Counted from the first letter of the stretch, positions 46,205 through 55,447 are shown. The stretch is 64,000 nucleotides of DNA from a virus (IMGVR_UViG_3300037882_001264:1-64000); one strand, 5' to 3'. Notes: a model not told the origin generated them from the letters alone. A program made the numbers and translations.

Positions 46205-48829
46205 CTACTTCTTCGGGATCATCTTGTAGACGTCGACCATGGTCTCCGCGAAGTCCATGCCGTTCTTCAACTTCTGCTTGGGTGACCTACCCTCTTCACC
46301 CTCGCCCTTGGCGGGAGCAGTACCGGGGACGTGCATTGGGTTCTTCTTGACTTCGTCGATGACCTTCTTGGGGCCGTCTTCGATCGCCTTCTCAGTCAAG
46401 TGCGTGAGCGGGCCATCACCGCTGTGCTGCGGCGGCGCGAAGGATAGCGGGTTCCACTCAGCGACCACCGAGGGGAACCGGTCTACGGTCTCCCCCGCGA
46501 GCGCGAGTGCGGAGGTCACCGAGAGGCTCGGGTTCTCCTCGATCACACGGCTGGCCATCGCTGCGACAACCTGCTCGCGACGGCTGGCTTGCGTGCCGCT
46601 CGTGGGCTCGAAGTCGAGGTCGCTACCACCCTGCGCCTTGGGCGCGTTGCCGCCAGCGACAGCCGGGCCGCCCTCACGAGCCTCGGCCTTGGGCTGGGGG
46701 ACGTTGGGGTTCTCGTTCTGCGCGACGACGTCGAAGGCACCCTCGGCGACCATCTTGCGGAGGGAGGCCAGCGCCTCGCCGCCAGTGGCATCCTCGACGG
46801 CCTTCTTGGGCTTCGGCTTGAGGCCAGACCCCTTGCACTTCGGGCAGGCCTTCGAGGCATCCCACGGGTGCGTTCCGCCACCCTTGCAGGCGCCGCAGTA
46901 AGGAGAGTCGTCGACAGCGCCGTTGTGGTGCTGCGGGCGCTTCTTCAGCCAGGCCTCCTGCTCGGGGGTCAGTTCACCGCGCAAGGGAACTCCGCCCTCC
47001 GGGAAGAGGTCCTTGGGGACGCCGCTCTTGGGGGCGCCAGGATGCGCCTGGCGGTCCCACTGCCACGAGGTGGGGTCGTCCTTCGGGTCGTAGGCGTTGG
47101 CAGCGAGAGCATCGAATGCGCCCTCGCGCACCATGGCACGGACCTGGTCGAGCGAGTAGGTCCGGTAGCGATCCATCGCGTCAGCGTGACGGTCGTAGGG
47201 GTCCGACTCGTGGGCGCGGTTCGAGCGCTCATCGTCCCCATAGGTCTCGCGATGCTCAGCATCAGAGTTCTCGGCCTCCTGCTGGCAGTCGTCACAGAGG
47301 TGGTGGCCATAGGGGGCCTCGTCTCCGCAACCCTCGCACTCCCCAGCGGGGGGATTCGAGTGACCGTTCGCGACCTCGCTGGAGTACTGCGACATCTCGG
47401 CGTCGTTGATCGCGGTCTTGCCAGCAGCAGAAGCCAGCCCGTGCTCGCTCGCCATCGACTTCTGGCAGTTGGTGCAGGTCTCGTTGCCGTAGGCGTTGGC
47501 GAAGCCGCAGGACTTGCACTCCTGGCGATCGTTGGCGGTCTTGACCGAGGACTCCTTCATCGGAGCACTCTTGTCCCACTGGGACTGCCGGTAGACGTCC
47601 CAGACGTCCTTGCCGTACGTCGAGATGGCCCAGGTCTTGTGGGCGTCGTAGTCGGCCTGAGTCGGCTGAGTGCTGCCGCCGTCGGGGTCCTTGCTGCGGA
47701 TGTCGACGAGCGCGAAGCGACTCGACTCAGACTTCAGCGAGGCGTAGCGGTCGCTGTGGTCGGTGTGGTTGGCGCAGTACTCAGTGCCGGGCACCACGTC
47801 GTTCTCGCAGTACTCCGGGGGATTGATCGCAGTCGGGCCGTAACCCTCGCTGTGCACGATCGCATTGCACTGCGTGTCCTCATCGCCAGAGGCAGTCTTC
47901 GAGGAGGTCTTCAGGCTGACGGTTCCATCCCCACGACACGTCTGGCATCCAGTGTCGAACTTCCCGTCAGGCGAGACGACTCGACCGTGGCCGCTGCACT
48001 CAGGGCAGATGCCCCGCTGCTCCGGCGGCGAGTAGGGCTTGCCGTTCTGGGTGAGCGTCTTGCCACTGGAGTCGAACGTCTCGTCGCCGTGGTAGCCGCT
48101 GTAACCGTAGGAGCCGTCGTCGTTGACCGTGACGTGCCGGGGCCCGTCCCAGAAGTTGTTCGGGTCGTGGACCAGCGTGTTCGGCTTGGTGGGGTGCCAC
48201 ACGACCGGGCCTGAACCGTGCTCGAAGCGAGCGTTGAGCGCGTCGGCATGCTCCTTCGGAGCGACCGTGTACTCGCTGCCCTCGGGGTCATCGATCGTGT
48301 GCGAGCGCCAGGTGTCGCCCCCAGCAGTTACCTGGCTACCCTCGAAAGGGAGGCGGCTCCCAGACTTGCCGAAGGGGTTGCCCGAGTCGTCGTCCGAGTC
48401 GTCGTCATCGTCATCCGAGTCATCGTCGCCCGAGTCATCCGAGTCCGAGTCATCGTCTTGATCGTCCGAACCGGAGTCGTCAGCATCGTCGCTGCTGTCG
48501 TCATCGCTGTCATCGGAGTCGTCGGAGTCCGAGTCGTCAGCGTCGCCATCCGAGTCGGTCTCCCACGGCTTTCCGCTGGCCTCCATGAGGAGCGCCCACT
48601 GCGAGCGGAGGTGGGCCTCGACGTCAGAAGGACCCACTCCAGCCGAGGCTGCGACCGTGCTGATGGCGTCCTCCGCCAGGGCAAGGCGATGCCCCAACTC
48701 GGCCTCGGTGCGAGCCAGCGCCACGTAGGGCATCAGGTCTCGCGAGGCCACGCGGGTGCTCGCCTGCGTACGGAGGGAAGCCTCTTCGTTGATGTCACGA
48801 GCGGCTTCGTCCCAGAGTGAGTACGTCAT
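46205..48829 (-). CDS. Large modular head-region protein (acidic tract, multiple CxxC ribbons)
   Basis: Asp/Ser tract at ~48385-48555; CPECSG/CQTCRG, CKSC/CTNC, CEGC/CDDC, CGACKG/CPKCKG. Confidence 0.75.
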   Translation of the reverse strand: MTYSLWDEAARDINEEASLRTQASTRVASRDLMPYVALARTEAELGHRLALAEDAISTVAASAGVGPSDVEAHLRSQWALLMEASGKPWETDSDGDADDSDSDDSDDSDDDSSDDADDSGSDDQDDDSDSDDSGDDDSDDDDDDSDDDSGNPFGKSGSRLPFEGSQVTAGGDTWRSHTIDDPEGSEYTVAPKEHADALNARFEHGSGPVVWHPTKPNTLVHDPNNFWDGPRHVTVNDDGSYGYSGYHGDETFDSSGKTLTQNGKPYSPPEQRGICPECSGHGRVVSPDGKFDTGCQTCRGDGTVSLKTSSKTASGDEDTQCNAIVHSEGYGPTAINPPEYCENDVVPGTEYCANHTDHSDRYASLKSESSRFALVDIRSKDPDGGSTQPTQADYDAHKTWAISTYGKDVWDVYRQSQWDKSAPMKESSVKTANDRQECKSCGFANAYGNETCTNCQKSMASEHGLASAAGKTAINDAEMSQYSSEVANGHSNPPAGECEGCGDEAPYGHHLCDDCQQEAENSDAEHRETYGDDERSNRAHESDPYDRHADAMDRYRTYSLDQVRAMVREGAFDALAANAYDPKDDPTSWQWDRQAHPGAPKSGVPKDLFPEGGVPLRGELTPEQEAWLKKRPQHHNGAVDDSPYCGACKGGGTHPWDASKACPKCKGSGLKPKPKKAVEDATGGEALASLRKMVAEGAFDVVAQNENPNVPQPKAEAREGGPAVAGGNAPKAQGGSDLDFEPTSGTQASRREQVVAAMASRVIEENPSLSVTSALALAGETVDRFPSVVAEWNPLSFAPPQHSGDGPLTHLTEKAIEDGPKKVIDEVKKNPMHVPGTAPAKGEGEEGRSPKQKLKNGMDFAETMVDVYKMIPKK

Positions 48830-48838
48830 GTCGATCCT

Positions 48839-51091
48839 TCAGTTGCCGATGGCCGCGAGGCCAGCCTGGACGCGCTTGCGGAAAGCCAGCGTGCGGTCTG
48901 CACTCTGGAGGTTCCCCGAGTCGTCGATGGGGGCTTGCAGTTGCGATGTGCCAGTCGGCTCCGTGGGAACACCGGTCGGGACGACCGGGCTACCGAAGGG
49001 CTCGGTGCCGTTGTACGGGGCAGGTCCGCCAGGAGCAGCGGCGTCTGCCTGACCGGCCAGCGGGCCCGGACGACCGGGACCGTTGATCGGGGTCTCTCCA
49101 ACCGGGGAGGCGGTGCCGGAGGGGTTGGAGATATCGAGGTCGGTTGAGGTTGCAGACTCAGTCCGGATATACGGACCCTCGACGACACCTCCTTGGCTAG
49201 CCACCACTTTGCCGGAGAATGAAGCATGCAGCGAGATGCGCTCGCTGAAGTCGGGGTACTTGGCCGCCTGCACGGCGTGCGCCTGGACCCAGGCCGACTG
49301 CGCCGGAGCGTTGTCGGAGATGCCTGCGTAAAGACCGGCCTCGAACTCAGCCGAACCCTTCTTCACCAGCGGCTTGCTGGCGTTCCACTTGCTGGCGAAC
49401 CGGTAGGCCTTGCGGAAGTCCTCACCCTCGCGCGTGTCAGCGGTAACGAAGAGATCCGACACCTTAGTCAGCGCGGCGGTCTTGACGGAACCAGTCATCT
49501 GCGACTGGCCATTGTCGCCGCCGAGCGAGGAAGGCACGCTCTGCGGCTGGGCCGAGGAGACCTCGCCCATACCCTTGCCGTAGCCCTCGACGTAGCCAGC
49601 CGAGAAGGGCAGGCCAGCCGAGTTGTCGGCGTAGGTGGCAGCCTGCCCCGTCTTGGCATCAGCCAGACCGGCAGCGAAGCCAGCGGTGTACGAGCCACCC
49701 TGCTGCGGCTGCGGCGTGGTCGCCGGGGAGTTGGCGACACCAGGCTGGGGCACGGCGTGCGGAGCGTCCGATGCACCGAACATGTCGGCGGTCTTCTGCG
49801 TCTCGGCACTACCGAACGAGCGGAAGGAACTGAAGCCGCTGTTGCCACGACCATCGTCGTAGCGACCGTCATCGGTTGCGTGCATGGTGTCGCCGTAGTC
49901 GATGCGACCATCGCGCTTGGCGGCGACATCCTTGACGAACTTGGTGATGGTGTCGTGGTTGTCCTCGCCGAAGCGGTCGACGAGTTCGTCGTGCATCGCC
50001 GGGGGCACGTTGTGCTTGCGGTAGGCGGCCAACTGGGCACGCGACACGGTGCCGTAGGACTCGTGGAAGATCGGGGCAGCAGCGGCCTCAACCTCAAGCG
50101 AGGCCTCCTTCTTGTCCTCCTCATCGTCCCCACCGAGGACGCTGCCCGCAACCTCAGCCGCAAGCGGCAGGGCGCGGACGAGGAGCGGGAGGATGGCTTC
50201 CTTCTTGTCAGCCGTCACGGGGACGGCCTTGTTAGGGGAGCCTCCGGGAACGGCCTCCGGGTCAACCTCAGGGCCACCCAGCAGCCACGGGAAGGCCACC
50301 TCGCCAGGGAGCGGGGTGGGGCGCTCAGTCACGCCATCAGGTGCGGTAGTCTGCTCGATCTGATCCAGACCAGAGGCAGCCTGACGGCTCAGAAACTCGT
50401 CCATGTTGTAGAGGTAGCCCAGCGCGACGCTGCCTTCCTGGTGGTAGTCCTGGACCTCGCCCTGGCTCTGGCCACCGCCGCCCTGCACGATCTCCTGAAG
50501 GAGAGGATTGCGCTCGGAGGTCTCGGTGCCGACAACGCCCTGGTTGATCGGGTGGACCTCATCCGCGAAGTTGTCGAAGACCTCCGGGGGCACCGGGGTG
50601 GGCTTGTTCGTGACACCATCGGGCGCAACGGTCTGATCGATCTGGTCGAGACCAGAGGCCGCCTCACGGCGGTAGAGGAAGCCGACGTAGGAGAGGAAGT
50701 CGGCCTGGGCGTCGAGCGCGTCTGCGCCGTAGACACCGGCAGTGCGGCGGGCCATGCCCTCCGCCTGCGCACCGAACTCGTGGACGTCGGCCTTGACCTC
50801 GGGGGAGACCCGGCCGTACCAGAGGGCCGCTTCAGCCATGATCGGCTGGTGGTACTCGACACGGTCCTCATCGGAGCCGAGCCAGTCCGTCGCAGCGGTG
50901 TGCGGGACGAAGGTCGGAACCGAGGCCATGGTGGGAGTGATCACCGCGTCAGCGAGGTCGATCGCCCGAGCGTCACGGGAGGCCTGCGCCTGCTTGCGGT
51001 CAAAGTCGTCCAGTGCTTCGACGAGCGACATCTGCTCGCTGAGGCTGGACGCCTTGTTGATGGCAGCGATGATCTCTGCACGAGTGTTCAC
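48839..51091 (-). CDS. Large head-region protein with internal repeats
   Basis: GTGA overlap start; AASGLDQI.QT.APDGVT..PTP duplicated. Confidence 0.75.
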   Translation of the reverse strand: MNTRAEIIAAINKASSLSEQMSLVEALDDFDRKQAQASRDARAIDLADAVITPTMASVPTFVPHTAATDWLGSDEDRVEYHQPIMAEAALWYGRVSPEVKADVHEFGAQAEGMARRTAGVYGADALDAQADFLSYVGFLYRREAASGLDQIDQTVAPDGVTNKPTPVPPEVFDNFADEVHPINQGVVGTETSERNPLLQEIVQGGGGQSQGEVQDYHQEGSVALGYLYNMDEFLSRQAASGLDQIEQTTAPDGVTERPTPLPGEVAFPWLLGGPEVDPEAVPGGSPNKAVPVTADKKEAILPLLVRALPLAAEVAGSVLGGDDEEDKKEASLEVEAAAAPIFHESYGTVSRAQLAAYRKHNVPPAMHDELVDRFGEDNHDTITKFVKDVAAKRDGRIDYGDTMHATDDGRYDDGRGNSGFSSFRSFGSAETQKTADMFGASDAPHAVPQPGVANSPATTPQPQQGGSYTAGFAAGLADAKTGQAATYADNSAGLPFSAGYVEGYGKGMGEVSSAQPQSVPSSLGGDNGQSQMTGSVKTAALTKVSDLFVTADTREGEDFRKAYRFASKWNASKPLVKKGSAEFEAGLYAGISDNAPAQSAWVQAHAVQAAKYPDFSERISLHASFSGKVVASQGGVVEGPYIRTESATSTDLDISNPSGTASPVGETPINGPGRPGPLAGQADAAAPGGPAPYNGTEPFGSPVVPTGVPTEPTGTSQLQAPIDDSGNLQSADRTLAFRKRVQAGLAAIGN

Positions 51092-52170
51092 TGGGTCTCC
51101 TCTGAGTCGAGCACATTCCGGGCTCGTTGGGCGATAGCGGATCCTTGCCGCCAATCGCGGGGCTGCAAACTGGTGAATACGCGCCTCGAACCTTGGTCCT
51201 GATCGAAGGCCTTGAGCGTTGTCGGTGATGTCGTCGCGTTCGACGCGCCACCCGTGGGGTCGACGGCAGAGCCTGCCCCCACGTTCTCAGCATAGCCACA
51301 GCGCACGCAGGAGTAGTGATCGCCCTGCCTACGGAGTGACCCGTGCGCCCCACATACAGGGCAGTTCGTCGACTGGGCCTGGTTACTTCCCCCAGGTCCA
51401 TGCGGGTCGAACGGAAGTCGGTTGCTGTTCGCCCCAGGGGTCCCGTAGCCGGGGATCTCCTGCTGACGCTGGTTGTCAGGCACGACCTGGAACTGGCGGG
51501 TCCGGTCTTCGAGGTGCGTGCCCTGGTCGGTCTCGATGTAGACGTGCCGACCACTCGACTCGTGGTTGCGGACCTTCTTGACCTTCAGCGTCTGGCCCGT
51601 GGGGGTCCGGATGCTGTCGCCCGGGTTGAGGCGGTCGGCGCGCGTCTCGAACTGAGTTGCCTCAGCGGACAGGCTCGACTGCTTCTCGTGAAGGTCATCG
51701 TTGACAGTGTCGCAGGTGGGGACCCAGTCGTCCTTGTCCTCAGGCTTGTCCATTCCGCAGGCCGGGCAGTAGTCCAGGCTAGGACGCCAGTCGTGCGTGT
51801 TCTGGTTGGGGCCCGTGCGGGCAGAGCGCTTCTGGTCGAAGACCTCGTCGGGATCGTAGGTCTTGCGAGCGGGGGAGGGCGCCGAGGCGTACTGGTCGAA
51901 CGGCGAGTCCTGGCTGTTCTCGTAGGCCTCTTGGCGGTCGCCGTCCACGCAGGTCGGGCACTTCGGCGAGCGGGTGTTCTTCGGGACAACCATCGGCGTG
52001 CCACAGCCGACACACGAACCGCGCTCGGCCTTCTTGGTCATGCTGCGGCGGACCTTCTTCTGGTCCGTCGAGGGGTTACGGCGAATGCTGGAGGTGCTAC
52101 CACGCATGGGCTCGCGCTGAGGCTTATCCTCAGCGGCCTGAGCCTTGCTCTTCGCACTCTCGTGCTGCAT
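51088..52170 (-). CDS. Modular zinc-ribbon head-region protein
   Basis: CVGC/CPTC, CPAC, CPVC/CVRC; follows a late-type promoter. Confidence 0.7.
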   Translation of the reverse strand: MQHESAKSKAQAAEDKPQREPMRGSTSSIRRNPSTDQKKVRRSMTKKAERGSCVGCGTPMVVPKNTRSPKCPTCVDGDRQEAYENSQDSPFDQYASAPSPARKTYDPDEVFDQKRSARTGPNQNTHDWRPSLDYCPACGMDKPEDKDDWVPTCDTVNDDLHEKQSSLSAEATQFETRADRLNPGDSIRTPTGQTLKVKKVRNHESSGRHVYIETDQGTHLEDRTRQFQVVPDNQRQQEIPGYGTPGANSNRLPFDPHGPGGSNQAQSTNCPVCGAHGSLRRQGDHYSCVRCGYAENVGAGSAVDPTGGASNATTSPTTLKAFDQDQGSRRVFTSLQPRDWRQGSAIAQRARNVLDSEETQ

Positions 52171-52191
52171 TCGACCCTCCAGAGTCCCGTC

Positions 52192-52227
52192 CTACCCCTT
52201 CGGGGGCATCTACAACGGGGGGACAGG
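52192..52227 (-). promoter_or_regulatory. Phage-specific (late-type) promoter
   Basis: CCTGT-21 nt-GAAGGGGTAG. Confidence 0.65.
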
Positions 52228-52358
52228 GGTCATCCAACAGAGAATCTCCGAGACCCTCCTCGATCGCCTCGCGCTCCGTCAGCGGCTCGCGAGGGTCGCG
52301 CCCCTTATGCGGCCCAGCCGCACCGCTAGAGCGGAGGCCCTGGACACGCTGCACGCGG

Positions 52359-52973
52359 TCACCCATGGGCGCGTAGATCGCTCACGGCCTGGGCGTAGCC
52401 AGCCTCGTACCCCTCGGCGTAGGTGCGTGTGTCGCGACCTCCGTGGTCCTCGGTCTCCCGCCCCTCAAGGTGGTCCGGGTGCACGTAGATGCGACAGCCC
52501 GCTCGGCTCTGCGCGAGACGGTAGATCATGCCCGCCTTGTGGAGGCCACTGAGGACTCCGGACGACTGGCCGTGGTGCCACTCGGTCGACATGGAGAGGT
52601 CCTTCCACGTCATACCTCTGGCTCCAGCCTTGAGCAGGCGAGACAGGGTCTCTTCCTGACGCTCCGAGGTCTTCCCCGAGGAGTCGGCACTGTGGGCTCG
52701 ATCCCGGCTCGTCACCGATCCGGACCAACCCGAGGTACCTGCGTACTCCAGGGCAGGTACCTGTGACTTGGGCGCGGGCGAAACCGTAACCCCTGCGGCG
52801 AGGACGATCTCCTCCATCAGAGCCTGGTTCCTCTTGTGGTCCTGGGGGCTCGGGATCGGGATCCCTTCCCAGAAGATAGAGAGGGGGTCGTTAGCGTGCA
52901 TGCCGAATGGGTGCTCCGGCTTCGTGCAGAGCATCGAGGGGGTCTCGGGATTGGGTGCCCCACAGATGCCCAT
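52359..52973 (-). CDS. Winged-helix DNA-binding protein
   Basis: YAGTSGWSG...GMTWKDLS...HHGQSSGVLSGLHKAG.I.RL. Confidence 0.65.
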   Translation of the reverse strand: MGICGAPNPETPSMLCTKPEHPFGMHANDPLSIFWEGIPIPSPQDHKRNQALMEEIVLAAGVTVSPAPKSQVPALEYAGTSGWSGSVTSRDRAHSADSSGKTSERQEETLSRLLKAGARGMTWKDLSMSTEWHHGQSSGVLSGLHKAGMIYRLAQSRAGCRIYVHPDHLEGRETEDHGGRDTRTYAEGYEAGYAQAVSDLRAHG

Positions 52974-53413
52974 CAGTCCACCTCGGGGAACCGAGGCGCC
53001 CCCTGGAGGTAGCCAGCGATCTTGGTCAGCGACTCGTAGTAGATCGAGTCCTCGGGCACCCCGACGAGGGCGGCACGGATCTCCATGATTACGGTGTCGA
53101 TGCGCGACTCCAACTCACCGTGGTCGTTGACCAGGCCAGAGATCAGCATCGTCAACGGTGCGCCGCTCATCCCGTCATAGACCGGGACCTTGTCGAGCAT
53201 GCCCCTGATGACTGCGCGCTCGCGCCCCTCAGCGTCCAACTGCTGGCTCAGCGACTCGATCTTCAGCCGGAGGTCTGCTGCCTCGCTGTGGGCAGTGGTC
53301 GCCTGGCGTTGCAGCGCATCCTCGACAGCGTGCTGCTTGAGGACCGATTCCTCCCAGTAGCGGAGCATCGCCGTCACTCGACTGCGACGGATGAGGGGCC
53401 AACGGATGTTCAT
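52973..53413 (-). CDS. Hypothetical coiled-coil protein
   Basis: ATGA overlap start MNIRWP. Confidence 0.55.
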   Translation of the reverse strand: MNIRWPLIRRSRVTAMLRYWEESVLKQHAVEDALQRQATTAHSEAADLRLKIESLSQQLDAEGRERAVIRGMLDKVPVYDGMSGAPLTMLISGLVNDHGELESRIDTVIMEIRAALVGVPEDSIYYESLTKIAGYLQGAPRFPEVD

Positions 53414-53667
53414 ACCCGGCCGCCCATCCGCTCGGCAGCAGACTTGCAGGGCGGGCATACCGGAAGCCCCTGGGGGTCTCGGGAGGGGATCCAGACATGG
53501 CCGCAGAGGGCCTCGACCTCATGGCCGAAGACCATCGCCTCGGTCACCCGGGTCTGTCCGGACTTGCCTCCGCTGGGGCCGACGATGTGCGAGCAGGCAG
53601 GGCGGTCCCCACTGCCCGTGGTGGTCTTCGTCATGACGTCGGTGTCATGTTCAAGGAGGAGGGTCAT
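53410..53667 (-). CDS. DUF3039-family protein (probably leaderless)
   Basis: HIV...EAMVFG..VEALCG.VWIPSRDP...PVCPPCK signature of actinobacterial DUF3039. Confidence 0.85.
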   Translation of the reverse strand: MTLLLEHDTDVMTKTTTGSGDRPACSHIVGPSGGKSGQTRVTEAMVFGHEVEALCGHVWIPSRDPQGLPVCPPCKSAAERMGGRV

Positions 53668-53673
53668 GATGCC

Positions 53674-53710
53674 ATCCTAGCGGGCCGCAGCCAGGTTGGC
53701 CAACCTGGCT
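53674..53710 (-). promoter_or_regulatory. SigA-type promoter with a perfect 22-bp palindrome over the -35 box
   Basis: TTGGCC-18-TAGGAT with ATG 7 nt downstream; AGCCAGGTTGG|CCAACCTGGCT at 53689-53710. Confidence 0.55.
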
Positions 53711-53958
53711 GAGTCGTAGAGGGCAAGCGCAGGGCTCGTCATCCCTTCGCGCAGCACCTTGAGGTGGACGCGCTTGACGTTGCGACCGTGCTCGACCATG
53801 TGCTGGTCCCAGCGCTCGTCGGGGATGTCCATGGGGTTCGCGCACCGGCACTCAACAACGACCCAGAGGCCGCAGGTGCACTCGACGATCGTCTGTCCGT
53901 TCTGCGCCTCCGTCACGTCTACGTCGTGCCCTGGCACTTGGTTCTTCGGGGGTGTCAT
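53677..53958 (-). CDS. Small zinc-binding protein
   Basis: GH...CTCG...H. Confidence 0.6.
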   Translation of the reverse strand: MTPPKNQVPGHDVDVTEAQNGQTIVECTCGLWVVVECRCANPMDIPDERWDQHMVEHGRNVKRVHLKVLREGMTSPALALYDSARLANLAAAR

Positions 53959-54245
53959 GCGGCGTTCTCCTGGCTCTCTCGGGTCTTGGCGATGCGGTGG
54001 ACGCGCTTGACGCGATCCTCCTTGAACGAGCGGATCATCTTGTGGGGTTCGGGAGCCAGCGCGTCGATCCAGGTCGCACCGGTCTCATCGTTGGTGACCT
54101 TGCGGATGAAGAGCACCCTCCCCGGGATCCCCCGGACAGACAACTCTGTGCCTCGCGTGACGTTGCGCCCGTTGATCTGGATCTCGCCCTCGATGGAGCA
54201 CCCCAGTGGCGCGAGGTCATACATGGTGACCTTCTGCTTTGCCAT
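53955..54245 (-). CDS. Hypothetical SH3-like protein
   Basis: GTEL.V.G..GR..F...WID...RSF..DRV. Confidence 0.6.
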   Translation of the reverse strand: MAKQKVTMYDLAPLGCSIEGEIQINGRNVTRGTELSVRGIPGRVLFIRKVTNDETGATWIDALAPEPHKMIRSFKEDRVKRVHRIAKTRESQENAA

Positions 54246-54247
54246 GA

Positions 54248-55108
54248 TCACTTCCTCTTCTTCGCTCTGGCCTTGGCCTCTTCGATGACCTGTGCCTCGG
54301 TCTTGCCTTCCTTCCACGCGATGGCCGGAACCAGGGCGTCGATGACGGCCTGATTGCTCCTGCCGCCATACACAGCGCCCTCGTACTGGTCCGTCAGTAG
54401 CGTGCGCGCCGTGCGGAGAGTCTTGACTGTCTCTCTGCGGCGGTAGGCCTTGCCACGCGAGGCGACGTGCCAGTAGTCCTCGCCGTAGACACCCTCCTCG
54501 ATGACGATAACCAGCGGCTCTCCGTTGGGGGTGATGCCCTTGGCGACCTTGGCAGCCTGGCGCTCAGCCTTGGCAGCCTCGCGGGCCTCACGCTCAGCCT
54601 TACGGGCAGGCAGTTCGAGGCGGCCCGGGTTGTTCAGCACCTCAGCCGGGGCCGAGGGGTAGCAGATGGTGCAGGCATCCTGGCCAGCGAGGGCGACGAT
54701 CTCGTCCTCGTCCATTCCAGAGACCTGGGGGAGCCAGCCGAAGCGGGTGGTCGCGAAGCAGGTGTTGCACTCCATCGACTTGTGGACGTGGCCACCAGTG
54801 TTGTCGACGAGCCACGCACGGGTCCAGCCACCCCGGCGGAGGAACTCCTCGGTGAAGGGCTGGGTCTCCTGCTGCTTGGCCGAGATCTCATCACGCAGCG
54901 CGTCGAGAGCGAGCGTGGAGCGCTCGACATCCTTCTGGCTGTACTGCGACCAGCGAACCTCGCCGCTCTCCAGTGCCGCCACCTGTCGCTCGATGTACGC
55001 GAGGTGCTTCAGGCTGCGGTCGAAGTTGAGGTTGAGTTCCCAGAGTTCGTCATAGATGCGGGCAAGTTCGGTGTCGATCTCGGCGGGGGTCTGAGTGGTG
55101 AGGTCCAT
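54248..55108 (-). CDS. Conserved actinophage zinc-binding protein
   Basis: GGWTRAWLV...GHVH.SM.C.TC..TTRF.WLP..SG...ACTICYPSAP. Confidence 0.75.
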   Translation of the reverse strand: MDLTTQTPAEIDTELARIYDELWELNLNFDRSLKHLAYIERQVAALESGEVRWSQYSQKDVERSTLALDALRDEISAKQQETQPFTEEFLRRGGWTRAWLVDNTGGHVHKSMECNTCFATTRFGWLPQVSGMDEDEIVALAGQDACTICYPSAPAEVLNNPGRLELPARKAEREAREAAKAERQAAKVAKGITPNGEPLVIVIEEGVYGEDYWHVASRGKAYRRRETVKTLRTARTLLTDQYEGAVYGGRSNQAVIDALVPAIAWKEGKTEAQVIEEAKARAKKRK

Positions 55109-55118
55109 CTTGGCGCTC

Positions 55119-55198
55119 CTCTGGCGGTAGGGGCTGGGCTGCTGAGTGAAACAATACAGGAGCCTGGGGCTCAGGTCAAGTACCTGAGCAGACTTTCT
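55119..55198 (-). promoter_or_regulatory. SigA-type early promoter, palindrome over -35, CCGCCAGAG leader
   Basis: TTGACC-17-TATTGT; GCTCAGGT-caagt-ACCTGAGC. Confidence 0.75.
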
Positions 55199-55428
55199 CA
55201 GGACTTCTCGACCACGCCCTTGGAGTCCACGACGATGTCGATCGAGCCCAACTTGGTCCGCCACTCCGGGTTCTCGGCCTCGTAGCGGTCGCGGATCTCT
55301 TCACTCATCCGGACGGAGAACGAGGCGCAGGGGCCCGGGTGTGTCAGGGGCAACTCGCAGTAGTACACCTGGTGCTCGCCACCGACGGGCTCGCGACAGG
55401 TCTTCTCGGGGTAGGCGGCCTTCTGCAT
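55198..55428 (-). CDS. Small Cys/His protein
   Basis: C...YCELP..HPGPC. Confidence 0.6.
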   Translation of the reverse strand: MQKAAYPEKTCREPVGGEHQVYYCELPLTHPGPCASFSVRMSEEIRDRYEAENPEWRTKLGSIDIVVDSKGVVEKS

Positions 55429-55447
55429 GGGATCTCCGATCTTGGAT

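Noticed and set aside
48385-48555. GAC/TCG-rich microsatellite-like stretch
   Set aside because: Encodes the Asp/Ser acidic linker of 46205..48829.
51520-51660. RADRLNPGDSIRTPTGQTLKVKKV resembles part of an intein/Hint domain
   Set aside because: No N-terminal Cys block, TxxH or C-terminal HN motif; more likely a small SH3-like module.
52130-52366. 78-aa minus-strand ORF
   Set aside because: Overlaps the late promoter and the start of 51088..52170 and has no recognisable motif; left uncalled.
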